Origin: Aplysia californica
Lineage: Eukaryota
Reading direction: 5' to 3'
NCBI RefSeq assembly: GCF_000002075.1
Contig: NW_004797335.1
Location: 47,869-111,868 of the forward strand
DNA length: 64,000 bases
Of the stretch, positions 63,619 through 64,000 are shown one piece after another. The notes beneath the pieces are model-generated. The model had not been told where the DNA came from. It worked only from the letters and a program-made list of their open reading frames with translations, and made no database searches. Position 1 is the stretch's first letter. Every line of letters begins with the position of its first letter. Made by a program: the position numbers and the translations under genes.

Positions 63619-64000
63619 CAGTGCCATGTCCAGTGCCATGTCCTACTTCTCGCCGGGACCGGTCCCGGTCCGGAGAAATTAACTCGTCTCATGTCCCGAG
63701 AAATGCTTCTCGTCTCATGTCCCGGTCTCGTGTCCCGAGAAATGCTTCTCGTCTCGTGACCAATTTCTCTTCTCGCCCCACAAGTACGGGCTACTCGGTT
63801 AGCAAGAAGGCCGGTCGTGGCGGGGATCTAAACTTGGCTAGCCCTGTTTCGCAGGCGCAGGCGGAGAAGGAAGGTAGGGAGATCTAGGCCTAGGCCCTGA
63901 TCAACTCCCCACTCGCCTCGTCTTGCCACCCTCTTCCCTCCCTTTCAGTTTCACACACAGGACGGCACGGTGATGGGTGGCACTGTCTGCGTGTCATTTC
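63619..64000. mobile_element. end of a probable hAT element inserted in the LINE, continues beyond window
   Basis: CAGTGCCATG start, GC-rich tctcgtctc and gtcccgagaaatgc subterminal repeats; abruptly truncates the LINE. Confidence 0.5.

Overview
AT-rich, repeat-dense eukaryotic draft sequence with N gaps and many microsatellites. It is probably a gastropod mollusc, inferred from Meta/MESC-type SINEs with I/Nimb-LINE tails. Two spliced genes lie tail-to-tail. (1) A 13-exon plus-strand gene (CDS 3519-25015, about 602 aa, no family recognised) encodes a disordered N-half and an acidic, probably helical C-half. (2) The 3' part of a minus-strand type-I receptor gene has 17 phase-consistent exons (62679->37636, about 858 aa in window). 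It encodes at least 4 Ig-like domains, FN3, TM and a cytoplasmic tail with two ITIM-consensus motifs, two YxN motifs and a C-terminal PDZ-binding motif, and has a possible ~9.6 kb 3'UTR. Introns contain RTE and I/Nimb LINE fragments, tRNA-headed SINEs, a very abundant ~170 bp tRNA-less retroposon, piggyBac MITEs (one nested in a copy of its own family), hAT elements (one carrying a 28 bp higher-order satellite) and a Tc1 remnant. The most notable items are a well-formed HDV-like ribozyme at 43165-43333, the ITIM-bearing Ig receptor, and sense-biased retroposon tails abutting splice acceptors. All calls were made by eye; no searches were run.
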